Of a stretch of 64,000 nucleotides of DNA, positions 1 through 8,959 are shown in pieces. Within the stretch, counting starts at the first letter, position 1; every line of letters starts with the position of its first letter. This stretch comes from Cephaloticoccus sp. (GTDB lineage: Bacteria; Verrucomicrobiota; Verrucomicrobiia; Opitutales; Opitutaceae). Under the pieces are notes generated by a model that worked only from the letters and a program-made list of their open reading frames with translations, was not told the DNA's origin and ran no database searches. Where the stretch lies: the NCBI GenBank assembly GCA_030833445.1, contig JAURHD010000017.1:996-64995 (forward strand), given 5' to 3'. The position numbers and the translations under genes were made by a program.

Positions 1-703
1 TCAAGCGGGAGCGCGTGCTGATGAAGCGCATCGTGTAACCGCAACGGCGCAGTGAACTCGTGTTCGGTGGGCTGCCGTGGATCAGGCGACCGTCATGCAG
101 GCTGCAGCGGTTGGCCTCAAGTTCGATGGCCACTGCCGCGGCGTCATTGCGTTGCGTCATGGTGATCTCGGTGGGAAACACGGCGGCCTCCTTGGCGATA
201 TCGTCGTAGTCGGAAAATCCTTTTTTGCCGGTGTTGTGGGAACGTGGGACCACATACATGCAGCCGTTTTCAATTTTGGAAGGATCGATCGAAAGCCAGA
301 CCGTCACAACCTCCATGATATCAAGCATCCCGCGCCAGTAGGCAGAGTCCTCATGCCAAGGCACGCGTTTGCCATTGCCCTGGGGCTTGCAGATGAAATG
401 GGTGGAAAAAAGGGCCAGATCGGGACCGAGAATGGGTTCGACCAAGTCGAGCACTTGATCGTCGAAAACCCATTTGAATAACTCGGGGTGCTGGAAGTGA
501 GGCACATCCATCGATTCCGGCCGCACGTCGGTTTCCAGATCGCTGAGCATGCCTTCAAAATAGTCCTTCAGGCCGTTGAACTTATCCTGGGTGAAGAGGG
601 GTTCATCGGGCAGAAAATAGCCCTCGTGGTGAAATTGGGCGACTTGAGCAGGCGTCAGCCGATGATGTGAGGAGGTGGTGGGCGATGAGGTGGGAGCAAC
701 CAT
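1..703 (-). CDS. Phytanoyl-CoA dioxygenase (PhyH) family Fe(II)/2-oxoglutarate oxygenase; 3' end lies outside the window
   Basis: Absent from the ORF track because it runs off the window. The reverse-strand frame from ATG (703-701) is open to base 1. Translation: MVAPTSS...QFHHEGYFLP...PWHEDSAYW...ENGCMYVVPRSH...LHDGRLIHGSPPN. This gives the HxD...H facial triad pattern typical of PhyH. Confidence 0.8.
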   Translation of the reverse strand, partial: MVAPTSSPTTSSHHRLTPAQVAQFHHEGYFLPDEPLFTQDKFNGLKDYFEGMLSDLETDVRPESMDVPHFQHPELFKWVFDDQVLDLVEPILGPDLALFSTHFICKPQGNGKRVPWHEDSAYWRGMLDIMEVVTVWLSIDPSKIENGCMYVVPRSHNTGKKGFSDYDDIAKEAAVFPTEITMTQRNDAAAVAIELEANRCSLHDGRLIHGSPPNTSSLRRCGYTMRFISTRSRL

Positions 704-772
704 GAATGTGTTATATCAACATTTATCGGTGAAATCTTGCCATATATCCGCAAAATAGTGTGTTTAATATGC

Positions 773-1618
773 ATGTCGGGTCGATGCGCGCACTTCAAAT
801 TGCAAGACTTCATCCGTCCGGGAGAGGCCTATCACTATGCGCGCACGACGCTGACGGCCGACAATGTGGCCCGTTATCACGACCACGATTATCACGAGGT
901 CTTTTGGGTTTTGCGCGGGCAAGGCGAACATCGATGGAATGGTCGCACCGTTCCCTTGGGCGCCGGCACCCTGTGTCTGATTCGACCGGCGGATCGGCAT
1001 CTTGTTACCGGGTCTGATGCCTCACCGCTCCTCATCGTGAATCTGGCATTCCCCAGCAAAACGTGGGCCGATGTGCGGAAGCGATATTTTGCGGACGAGC
1101 CGGATTGCTTTGAAGTGCCAGACGAACAGCGCCTGTGGAAACAAGAATTGCGTTCACCGGGTGGGCCGAATCATTGGGCCGAACGCCTGGCCAACCCGGA
1201 CCGGCCGCGCGTATCGCTGGATGGGTTCCTGATGGAATTGCCGTTCTGGCGGCCACGCTCCGATGCACCGACCCCTGAACCCGTGCCGGAGTGGCTGGTG
1301 CGGGCGCAACGGGAAATTGTGAAACCGGAAAATTTTATCGGTGGAGCGCCGGCCTTTGCCCGGTTGGCCGGGCGCAATCCATCGCATGTCGCCCGCGTGG
1401 CGGTAAGATGCCTGGGGAAGACCCCGACGGAATTAGTGAATGCCGCGCGATTCGAACACAGTGCCCAGCAACTGGCCGAGACCACGAAGCCGATTTTGGA
1501 CATCATGCTCGATTGCGGGCTCACGAATCTATCGCACTTCTATGCGTTGTTTCGAAAACGCTTTGGCGTGAGCCCCCGCCGCTATCGGTTGCAGGCTCAC
1601 CCGACGGTGCGCGGCTAG
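773..1618 (+). CDS. AraC family transcriptional regulator (N-terminal cupin-like sensor, C-terminal HTH)
   Basis: The C-terminus TNLSHFYALFRKRFGVSPRRYR is a classic AraC HTH_18 motif. The N-terminal part YHDHDYHEVFWVLRG is cupin-like. The start is uncertain: TTG at 737 in the track, first ATG at 773. It is divergent from the PhyH gene. Confidence 0.8.
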   Translation: MSGRCAHFKLQDFIRPGEAYHYARTTLTADNVARYHDHDYHEVFWVLRGQGEHRWNGRTVPLGAGTLCLIRPADRHLVTGSDASPLLIVNLAFPSKTWADVRKRYFADEPDCFEVPDEQRLWKQELRSPGGPNHWAERLANPDRPRVSLDGFLMELPFWRPRSDAPTPEPVPEWLVRAQREIVKPENFIGGAPAFARLAGRNPSHVARVAVRCLGKTPTELVNAARFEHSAQQLAETTKPILDIMLDCGLTNLSHFYALFRKRFGVSPRRYRLQAHPTVRG

Positions 1619-1626
1619 ACCCGCAA

Positions 1627-2475
1627 CTAGAACTGCAGGTGCTTTACGGTGAGTCCCTTGTTGAGCAGCTGCTTGAGGGAATCGATGCCGATGCGGATGT
1701 GATCGCTGACAAATTTGGCGTCCACGTTTTTGTCGCTCTCCGCCGTCTTCACGCCTTCCGGCACCATGGGTTGGTCGGAAACGAGCAGGAGTGCGCCGGT
1801 GGGAATTTCATTGAAGAAACCGGTCATGAAAATCGTGGCGGTTTCCATATCCACGGCGAGGGCGCGGATTTTCTTCAAGTAGCGCTTAAACTTGTCGTCA
1901 TGCTCCCAGACGCGGCGGTTGGTGGTGTAACACGTGCCAGTCCAGTAGTCACGGGCGTGATCCCGAATGGTGGTGGAGATGGCCTTCTGCAAAGCGAAGG
2001 AAGGCAAGGCCGGGACCTCCGGGGGGAAGTAGTCGTTGCTAGTGCCTTCGCCGCGGATGGCGGCGATGGGCAAGATCAGATCACCCACGGCGGCGCGTTG
2101 CTTGATGGCGCCGCATTTCCCGAGAAAGAGCACGGCCTTCGGGTTGATCGCACTGAGTAGATCCATCACCGTGGCGGCGGTGGCACTGCCCATGCCGAAG
2201 TTGATGATCGTGATCTTGCCGGCGGTGGCGTTCAACATCGGCTTGTCCTTGCCCTTGACGGGCACCCGGTGCCATTGCGCGAAGAGTTTCACGTAATGAT
2301 CGAAATTAGTCAGGAGGATGTATTGGCCAAATTCCTCCAAGGGCACTCCCGTGTAACGCGGCAGCCAGTTCTTCACGATGTCGCGTCGGGTCTTCAATCC
2401 TTTGCGGCTGACTACAGTTGCCGGAACGTTTGACGGTGGCGCTGATGCGGCGGCGGCGGTGGTGGGCTTGGGCAT
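1627..2475 (-). CDS. Nucleoside phosphorylase-I family protein (short AMP nucleosidase-like)
   Basis: 282-aa ORF. The motifs YILLTNFDHYVKLF, INFGMGSATAATVMDLL and LFLGKCGAIK resemble the PNP/UDP-fold AMP nucleosidase catalytic domain. This comparison is from memory. Confidence 0.6.
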   Translation of the reverse strand: MPKPTTAAAASAPPSNVPATVVSRKGLKTRRDIVKNWLPRYTGVPLEEFGQYILLTNFDHYVKLFAQWHRVPVKGKDKPMLNATAGKITIINFGMGSATAATVMDLLSAINPKAVLFLGKCGAIKQRAAVGDLILPIAAIRGEGTSNDYFPPEVPALPSFALQKAISTTIRDHARDYWTGTCYTTNRRVWEHDDKFKRYLKKIRALAVDMETATIFMTGFFNEIPTGALLLVSDQPMVPEGVKTAESDKNVDAKFVSDHIRIGIDSLKQLLNKGLTVKHLQF

Positions 2476-2524
2476 GGAAAGAAGCTAACGGGACCGACGG
2501 CTTTGTCGATACGGGGTCTTGGGG

Positions 2525-3910
2525 TTACGGCGTAACGGGCGTGGGTTGAAGATCCGTCAACTTGATGATTTGCGTGAAGCGGGTGTCGCCCTGTTTGTCG
2601 ATGCAGGTGACAACGAGTTCACGGGCGTCTTTTTCTCCGCGCACATCGACGCGCACGAAATTTTGATCCCCGACGAGCGTGTCAGAAATCAGGAAGGGGT
2701 CCCCGGCTTTTTCGCTCGCGGCAACATTCCAAGAGCCGCTGCTGAAGGGAGAGGAAGTGATTTCGTAAATCCATGGGCCGCGGTCGCCGAGTTGACGCCG
2801 ATACATCGCGCTGTGGTGCACGTCGCCGGTGAGGAACACCACGCCGGTGATCGCATTTTCCTCGATGAAGTTCATCAGCTCCTCGCGTTCCCGACGGTAG
2901 AGTTCGTATTGCTCACCAAGTGGCTGGGTCTGCAGCATCTGGTTGCCCGTCGCGATAAAGAGGAACTTGAAGTGCTTCAGTTCCTTCGCGGCGAGGAGGG
3001 ACTGCTTGAGCCATTCCAGTTGGTGGCGGCCCCACTGCGTTTTCTCCGGGTGCTTGTCCTGATCGAGTTCGGCCGCGTCGCGGTAGTAATGGTTGTCCAT
3101 CAGGAAAAATGCCGCGTCGCCCCAATAGAATTTGCTGTAAACGCCGGGATTGCCGCGTTCGCCATAGCTGTGGTTGCCCCAGTAAGCTTTGAAAATGTCG
3201 AGGGCGGTATCCTTGTATTCGTAGGACCAGTTGGAGTCATTCGGACCGTAGTCATGGTCGTCCCACGTGGCGTAATGATGCATGACCCCGAGCAACTTTT
3301 GCATCTCTGGAATCGCGCGATCATGCGATGGCCGATACCACAGGCCGCTGATCGAATCGTAATCCGGTTCGCGCCAATACCAGTTGTCGCCGGTCCAGAT
3401 CATGAAGTCGGCGCCAGAGTCACCCATTAGTTCAAACGTTCGGGTAGTCTTGCCATAGGGCGTTCCAGGTCGGTCATAAACGGGATCGTTGATGTAAGCG
3501 CAGGATCCCACGAGAAACGAAAAATCCGGCGGCGGCTTGCGCCATTCCCACAATGCCTGGGTGGCGAATTTTGCCGGGGCGGCGAGGGTGGGTTCAGTGC
3601 TGTCGATGGTGAGCTTGTAATCGTATTGCGCACCCATCTCCAGCAGGCCGGGCCGGAAATGATGGATCTGCGTGCCAGCGGGTGTAGTCGGTTGGTTGGT
3701 GTGCGTGATCGCTTGAGCGGTGTCAGGTTGTCCGTGCAACCAGTAGGTCAAGGTGACCTCGGTGGCGTTCTTCGTCTCGAGCCAGAGAAATACTTCGCGA
3801 TGGGCGCGGTAACCGAGCATCGGCCCGGAAACGATGGATCCCGTTGCCCAAGCAAGGGCGGGGATCAGCACAAACAGAAACAACCACCGGGTCAGCAAAT
3901 GCAGTTTCAT
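2525..3910 (-). CDS. PhoD-like alkaline phosphatase/phosphodiesterase, secreted
   Basis: The start is placed at ATG 3910 (MKLHLLTRWLFLFVLIPALAWA, a signal peptide). Metallophosphatase motifs are present: GSCAY, WTGDNWY, ATWDDHDYGPND, FLTGDVHH. The longer track ORF, reaching 4363, is an unlikely 5' extension. Confidence 0.75.
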   Translation of the reverse strand: MKLHLLTRWLFLFVLIPALAWATGSIVSGPMLGYRAHREVFLWLETKNATEVTLTYWLHGQPDTAQAITHTNQPTTPAGTQIHHFRPGLLEMGAQYDYKLTIDSTEPTLAAPAKFATQALWEWRKPPPDFSFLVGSCAYINDPVYDRPGTPYGKTTRTFELMGDSGADFMIWTGDNWYWREPDYDSISGLWYRPSHDRAIPEMQKLLGVMHHYATWDDHDYGPNDSNWSYEYKDTALDIFKAYWGNHSYGERGNPGVYSKFYWGDAAFFLMDNHYYRDAAELDQDKHPEKTQWGRHQLEWLKQSLLAAKELKHFKFLFIATGNQMLQTQPLGEQYELYRREREELMNFIEENAITGVVFLTGDVHHSAMYRRQLGDRGPWIYEITSSPFSSGSWNVAASEKAGDPFLISDTLVGDQNFVRVDVRGEKDARELVVTCIDKQGDTRFTQIIKLTDLQPTPVTP

Positions 3911-4009
3911 CGGCCCACCCTGCCAAAGCTGCCGACCCAAGCAAAGCTCCAAAATGTTACATTGCCGCTTCGGTTGGACAACCGTGGGCAAGCAGTCAGT
4001 CTGGTGAAG

Positions 4010-4600
4010 ATGCCGAACCCCCAGTGGTCCTTTGTCCAGCCAACCGAAATGCAGGTGCGGGATTTTTTGCAGGCACAAAGTGATCAAACCTTTTCCTATC
4101 GTCCCGTGGGGGCGACCCGGGGGCACCCCCCACGAGGTTTTGTTTACGATGATAATCACGTGCAATTGGGGGAAGGGGAGGCGACTTTCGAACGGGCGTG
4201 TAATGCGCTGGCCGCTTGGAAAATGTTTCCACCCGCATGGACGCGGATCATGCCGACAGATTCCAGTGGGATCCAAGTCGGGCAGACCCTCGCCATGCAG
4301 GCCAACGCGCTTGGATTTTGGTGGCTCAATGCCTGTCGAATTGTCTATCTGGCTGATGATCAATCACCGGTTCGCCGCTGGGGATTTGCCTATGGCACCT
4401 TGCCCGCCCACGTGGAGGAAGGGGAGGAGCTCTTCACGATCGAACAGTGGGCGGATGGCACCGTCTGGTATCGCGTGCAGGCATTTTCCCGTCCTCGTTA
4501 TTGGCCGGTGAGAATGGCCCGGCCGCTGGCACGTATGTTGCAACGCAAGTTTGTGCGGGACTCCTGCGCGGCAATGCTCCAATCTGTGCAAACCCCCTGA
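4010..4600 (+). CDS. DUF1990 domain protein
   Basis: Starts at ATG 4010 (MPNPQWS...). The stretches YRPVGATRG..PRGF...HVQLGEGEATFERACNALAAWKMF match the DUF1990 pattern as I remember it. The stop TGA abuts the next gene's ATG (TGAATG). Confidence 0.65.
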   Translation: MPNPQWSFVQPTEMQVRDFLQAQSDQTFSYRPVGATRGHPPRGFVYDDNHVQLGEGEATFERACNALAAWKMFPPAWTRIMPTDSSGIQVGQTLAMQANALGFWWLNACRIVYLADDQSPVRRWGFAYGTLPAHVEEGEELFTIEQWADGTVWYRVQAFSRPRYWPVRMARPLARMLQRKFVRDSCAAMLQSVQTP

Positions 4601-5554
4601 ATGACTACCCCGTTTAAAGTCCGCATCGGCGCGATTGCTTGGTGCGTTTTCACCTATTTTACTGTTACAAATATCACCCGCGGTGCCTGGGCGGAGGCAC
4701 TCCTGGTGCTGGCCGCCTTGGTGCTCATGCCGATGACGTGGTGTTTGGCTAGGGACATGGATGACACGGGTTGGGCGAAACGGCTGTGGAAGTTTGATCT
4801 CCATCTCCAGTTGCCGGCGGCCCTGTTATTGATCCCGGCTTTCCTGTTGCCCGAAAGTCCCACTGCAATGTGGTGTGCGGTGCCATGGGCCCTGGTTCTG
4901 ATTATCATGGCGATCGATGGGCTGCTGCGAATCAAACGCCACGGTATCACCCCCCTGGGTATGTTTTGCCGAGACATGGGTTTGGTTTACGCCTCGATCG
5001 GCGGGGCTTGGCTGCTGGCGGATCGCGCCGGATGGCAGCCTTTGGGGTTTGCGCCGGAAATCGTTCTCCTGACAGCGGTGCATTTTCATTTCGCCGGTTT
5101 GATCCTGCCAGTGCTGGCCGGTCTGGCCATGACGCGACGCGCGCAGTGCCCGCTCGGCCGTTTGTCGGTCTGGCTGGTGTTGCTCGGCGTGCCCTTGGTG
5201 GCGGTGGGTATCACTGTGAGCCAACAGGGCGGGCCCGCTTGGGTTGAATTGTTGGCCGCATGGATCTTGGCCCTCGGGGGTTTGGGCGTGGCAGGACAAC
5301 ACCTTGCCTTGGCTTTTACCGAAAAGGAAATCTGCCCAATGACGCGCATCCTTTGGACCGTGGCGGGTCTGTCGCTGGCCGGCGGCATGTTGCTCGTGGG
5401 CCTGTATGCCTCGCGCGGCTATTTCGCGGTGATGCCTTGGCTGGATATCCCGTGGATGCGTGCCCTGCATGGCACGCTCAACGCGCTCGGTTTCTCACTC
5501 GCGGCGCTGCTCGCCTGGTGTCGAGCGGGTCGCAAGTGCTGCTGCGGCGAATAA
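4601..5554 (+). CDS. Polytopic inner-membrane protein of unknown function (possibly YndJ-like)
   Basis: 317-aa ORF with about 8 hydrophobic helices by eye. It starts immediately after the DUF1990 stop codon. Confidence 0.55.
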   Translation: MTTPFKVRIGAIAWCVFTYFTVTNITRGAWAEALLVLAALVLMPMTWCLARDMDDTGWAKRLWKFDLHLQLPAALLLIPAFLLPESPTAMWCAVPWALVLIIMAIDGLLRIKRHGITPLGMFCRDMGLVYASIGGAWLLADRAGWQPLGFAPEIVLLTAVHFHFAGLILPVLAGLAMTRRAQCPLGRLSVWLVLLGVPLVAVGITVSQQGGPAWVELLAAWILALGGLGVAGQHLALAFTEKEICPMTRILWTVAGLSLAGGMLLVGLYASRGYFAVMPWLDIPWMRALHGTLNALGFSLAALLAWCRAGRKCCCGE

Positions 5555-5556
5555 GC

Positions 5557-7938
5557 CTACACTCGCGTTAGGATTCGTCGGGTCAGACCCAAAGCGACTA
5601 CTACACCGAGAAACCAAAGTGAAGGTGCGCCGCCGCCACCACTTCCACTTTGCGAAGGGGGGCCACCGCTGTTGCCGGGAGGTGGCGTGTTCGGCGTGGT
5701 GACCGTCAGGGTGGCTGCGCTGCTCGTGACCGTGCCCAAGCTGTTGGTTACCGTTACGGTATAACTCCCGGCATTGGAGCTTTGGGCATTGGTCATCGTC
5801 AGCGTGCTGGTGGTGGCACTATTAATGGCGGTGCCGTTGAAATACCATTGGTAGGCTGGCGCCGGGGTGCCTTGGGCGACCACCGTGAATTGAACATTAC
5901 TGCCCGTAGGCACTGTCTGACTCTGCGGTTGGGTGGTGATGACCGGTGTTGCGGTCGAGGTAGCCTTATAAATTTCACTGTGGTTGGCTATATACAAAGT
6001 CTCATCTTGTGTGACTGCGATGCTGACCGGCCAATCGAGTCGAGCTTCATCGCCCAAACCGGTCCCATTACCGCGTGCCCGGCGTTTTCCCAAAACGGTG
6101 GAGACTTTCCCTTCCGGGGTGATGCGTCGGATCAGGTCATTCGACTTGTCGGTGACGAAAACCGTGCCGGTGGGTGTGACCGCAATACCAGTCGGGCCAA
6201 AGAACCGGGCGTTGGTGCTTTCACCGTCAATCGCCCCACCGGAACCCGAGCTGGGCACGCCGGCAAGAGTCGTGACTTGCCCGCCAGGGGTTATTTTCCG
6301 GATCGTGTTATTTGCGGTATCGGCTATATAGAGATTCCCGGCGGCATCAAAGGTCAGACCTGTCGGGTTGTTGTATTTTGCCTCTGCAATGGAGCCGTCA
6401 TTGCTACCGGTCAGATTTGTGTTTTGCACTGAACCTGGTGGGGTGAAACGACCCGTATATACTTCCGCCGTGCCGTCTGACTTCAGTCGGAGCACGGCAT
6501 GTTGATCGGTGAAGTAAACCGTGCCGCTGGCATTTACGGCCAGCCCTTTGGGGTAGTAGCCAGTTCCAAGGTCGGCCAGAGTCGTGACTGTTCCAGACGG
6601 CGCGACCCTGCGAATGGTTTTGGCATCGGCTACATAGATATTGCCCAATGCGTCGGTGGTAATGGCGCGGTGGTAAGTGAAACGAGCTTCTTCGCCGGTG
6701 CCATCGAGGATGCGTTCGTCTCCAGGCTTCCCTGCCATGGTGGTAACCGTTCCATCTGCGGCAAGGCGGCGGATCGTGAAATTCTCCACATCGCCCACGA
6801 CCACTGACCCATCAGGAGCGAGGGCCACCAGGCATTGGCTGGAGAACCGGGCGGCATCGCCGTTCCCGTCGATGTTACCCAGGGCCCAAGCTTCCGGAAA
6901 CCCTGCGAATGTGGATACCAATCCTTGGGCGGAGATTTTGCGGATCACATTGCTGCCTTCGTCAATGACGTAGATATCCCCGTTGGGCGCTTGAGCCAAG
7001 GCGCCGGGCATTTCGAAGCGGGCTGTCGCCACCGGACCATCCACATAATCGCGTTCTTCCTGTTTCCCGGCAATGATCGTGGCCTGACTGGACGGCGTGA
7101 CCCGCGCAATCGTTCCATAGAAGGTGGCGGAGACGAGCAGGTTGCCATTTAAGTCTACGGCCAAACCATGAGTGTAGGCATCACTGATACCGGGCATGAC
7201 CGGCAGGGAAGTGACCACTCCGCTCGGGCTGAGGTAGCGGAATGGTGAAATGTAATTCTCAGCCACATATAGTCCTCCGTTGTGGTCAGCAGCCAGGTGA
7301 CGAATATTATTGAAGCGTGCTTCCAGTCGCGGACCGTCCGTCGACCCAGCTTGAAATACTTTACCCGCGTAGTCTTCGAGCTGGCCGGCCGGGGTGCTGC
7401 GTTGGATGGTTTGAAATTCCTTTTGCGCGAGATAAAGGGTGTCGCTGCCATCGATGGTTAGTGCCGGTGGATTTTGCAGATACTAAGGGAGCGAAGTGAC
7501 CGTGCCATCTGGTTTGATTCGACGGATCGCATTGCCATTGAAATCAGCCACGAGTAATTCGCCGGTAATTTCGATCACTATGGCTTGTGGGTCGCTGAAT
7601 CGCGCCTCGTTAGCGGAACCGTTGATGCGGTCCATTACTCCAGGTGAGCCGGCGATTGTGGTGACCTTGCCTTCAGCCGTTATTTTTCGGATGAGCTGAT
7701 TGTCCGTATCCGCCACATAGATGTTTCCTGTGCCGTCCACGGTAATACCGCGAGGATTATAGAATCGTGCGGCGGTTCCGTTCCCATCGGCGTGGCCAAT
7801 GCTGCTGACACCGGCCAGCGGACTCATCACGTAGGGCTTGGAATAGTCCAACTGAGCGAGCGCGGCGCCGGGCAATCCGGCAAGCGTCAACGCGACCATG
7901 CAACTTAAACGGTTTAGAGAATATTTCATACAAGGCAT
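5557..7938 (-). pseudogene. NHL-repeat / Ig-like domain surface protein interrupted by an in-frame TAG (7483-7485)
   Basis: Track ORFs 7483..7938 and 5557..7266 and the 216 nt between them share one frame: ...DGTVTSLP*YLQNPPALTIDGSDTLYLAQKE...LYVAENYISPF. The N-terminus carries a signal peptide (MKYSLNRLSCMVALTLAGLPGAALA). NHL-type motifs recur throughout (YVAD.., IRK/IRR). An Ig I-set-like domain is present (PVITTQPQSQTV...YQWYFNG...AGSYTVTVTN). The C-terminus is a Gly-rich linker, a TM helix and a basic tail. Confidence 0.75.
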
Positions 7939-7950
7939 TTCCTTGTATGA
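7926..7950 (-). promoter_or_regulatory. Perfect 10-bp inverted repeat (tcatacaagg-cattt-ccttgtatga) covering the SD-like AAGG and both candidate ATGs of the NHL gene
   Basis: Read directly from the sequence. The arms are 7926-7935 and 7941-7950, with a 5-nt loop. In the mRNA sense the 5' arm contains AAGG, the loop contains AUG 7938-7936, and the 3' arm contains AUG 7929-7927. Confidence 0.5.
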
Positions 7951-7994
7951 AGACAGCGGATTGCGGTTTTTCCGCTATTCCAATATAAGATTAC

Positions 7995-8894
7995 TTATGC
8001 ACCCGCCAACGCGTTGGCGTTGTTCAGGTGGTCGCTGCCGGTGTATTTTTCCGACTGCTCATCGGCGTGGTAACTGGAGCGCACCATCGCGCCGCTCTCG
8101 ACGACGCCGAGGCCGATGCTGAGGCCGAATTCCTTCCAACGGGCAAATTCGTCCGGATGCACCCAACGCTCAACTTTGAGATGCTGCGGGGTGGGTTGGA
8201 GATACTGGCCAATCGTGAGTATGTCCGTCTTGTCTGCCGCGACGTCGCGCAGTGTCTGTTCAATCTCGTGCTGTTCTTCCCCGAGGCCGAGCATGATGCC
8301 GGTCTTGGTGGTGAAGCCGCGCGACTTGGCGTGTTGTAAAACGGAGCGCGACCGGTCGTAACGGGCCTGCACACGGACGGGTTTTTGCAGGCGTTCCACC
8401 GTCTCGAGGTTGTGATTGAAAATATCGGGCTTGGCGTCGAGCACGGTGTCGAGGTCGTGTAACCGGCCTTTCCAGTCCGGGGTGAGGACCTCGATCGCGG
8501 TCTGCGGCATGCGGTGGCGGATCGCACGGATCGTCGCGGCCCAGACCGCGGCGCCGCCGTCCTTGAGTTCATCGCGCGCCACGGAAGTGATCACGCAGTG
8601 CTTCAGGCCCATTTTTGCCACGGCATCGGCCACGCGGGCCGGTTCACCGAGATCAAGCTCGGTGGGACGGCCGGTCTGGATCGCGCAGAAATTGCAGGAG
8701 CGCGTGCAGATGTTGCCGAGGATCATCAACGTCGCCGTGCCACGAGCCCAACATTCGCCGAGGTTGGGGCACTGGGCGCTCTGGCAGACGGTGTGCAGCT
8801 TGTGTTCGTCCACGAGCGACCGCACGGCTTGGTAGCCGGGTCCCGAGGGCAGTTTGGCCCGCAGCCAGGAAGGTTTGCGCGTGGTGTCGTTCAT
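7995..8894 (-). CDS. lipA: Lipoyl synthase
   Basis: Carries the radical-SAM and auxiliary cluster motifs CQSAQCPNLGECW and CTRSCNFCA. Start chosen at ATG 8894 (MNDTTRKPSWLRAKLP). Confidence 0.9.
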   Translation of the reverse strand: MNDTTRKPSWLRAKLPSGPGYQAVRSLVDEHKLHTVCQSAQCPNLGECWARGTATLMILGNICTRSCNFCAIQTGRPTELDLGEPARVADAVAKMGLKHCVITSVARDELKDGGAAVWAATIRAIRHRMPQTAIEVLTPDWKGRLHDLDTVLDAKPDIFNHNLETVERLQKPVRVQARYDRSRSVLQHAKSRGFTTKTGIMLGLGEEQHEIEQTLRDVAADKTDILTIGQYLQPTPQHLKVERWVHPDEFARWKEFGLSIGLGVVESGAMVRSSYHADEQSEKYTGSDHLNNANALAGA

Positions 8895-8903
8895 GAAGGG
8901 CTT

Positions 8904-8936
8904 ATGGCCGCAAAAACGCACACAAAGCGCAAAAAG
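8904..8936. repeat. 33-nt intergenic repeat, copy 1 (atggccgcaaaaacgcacacaaagcgcaaaaag)
   Basis: 29/33 identical to 15949-15981. It lies between the lipB stop and the lipA start. Confidence 0.8.
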
Positions 8937-8959
8937 AAAAATCCTGCCGGCACTTTGTC

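Noticed and set aside
5557-5640. The C-terminus of the NHL protein (GGGGAPSLWFLGVVVALGLTRRILTRV) called as a bona fide PEP-CTERM exosortase sorting signal.
   Set aside because: The diagnostic PEP motif is absent (APS instead), and no exosortase gene lies in the window. I describe it only as a PEP-CTERM-like TM anchor with a basic tail.
7483-7485. In-frame TAG codons (7483-7485 and 23367-23369) read as pyrrolysine or as a reassigned sense codon.
   Set aside because: TAG is the terminator of at least six otherwise well-supported genes in this window, with stops at 1616-1618, 1627-1629, 5557-5559, 30591-30593, 44041-43 and 53670-72. No pyl genes are present, and there is no obvious conserved downstream structure. 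Nonsense mutation or sequence error is simpler.
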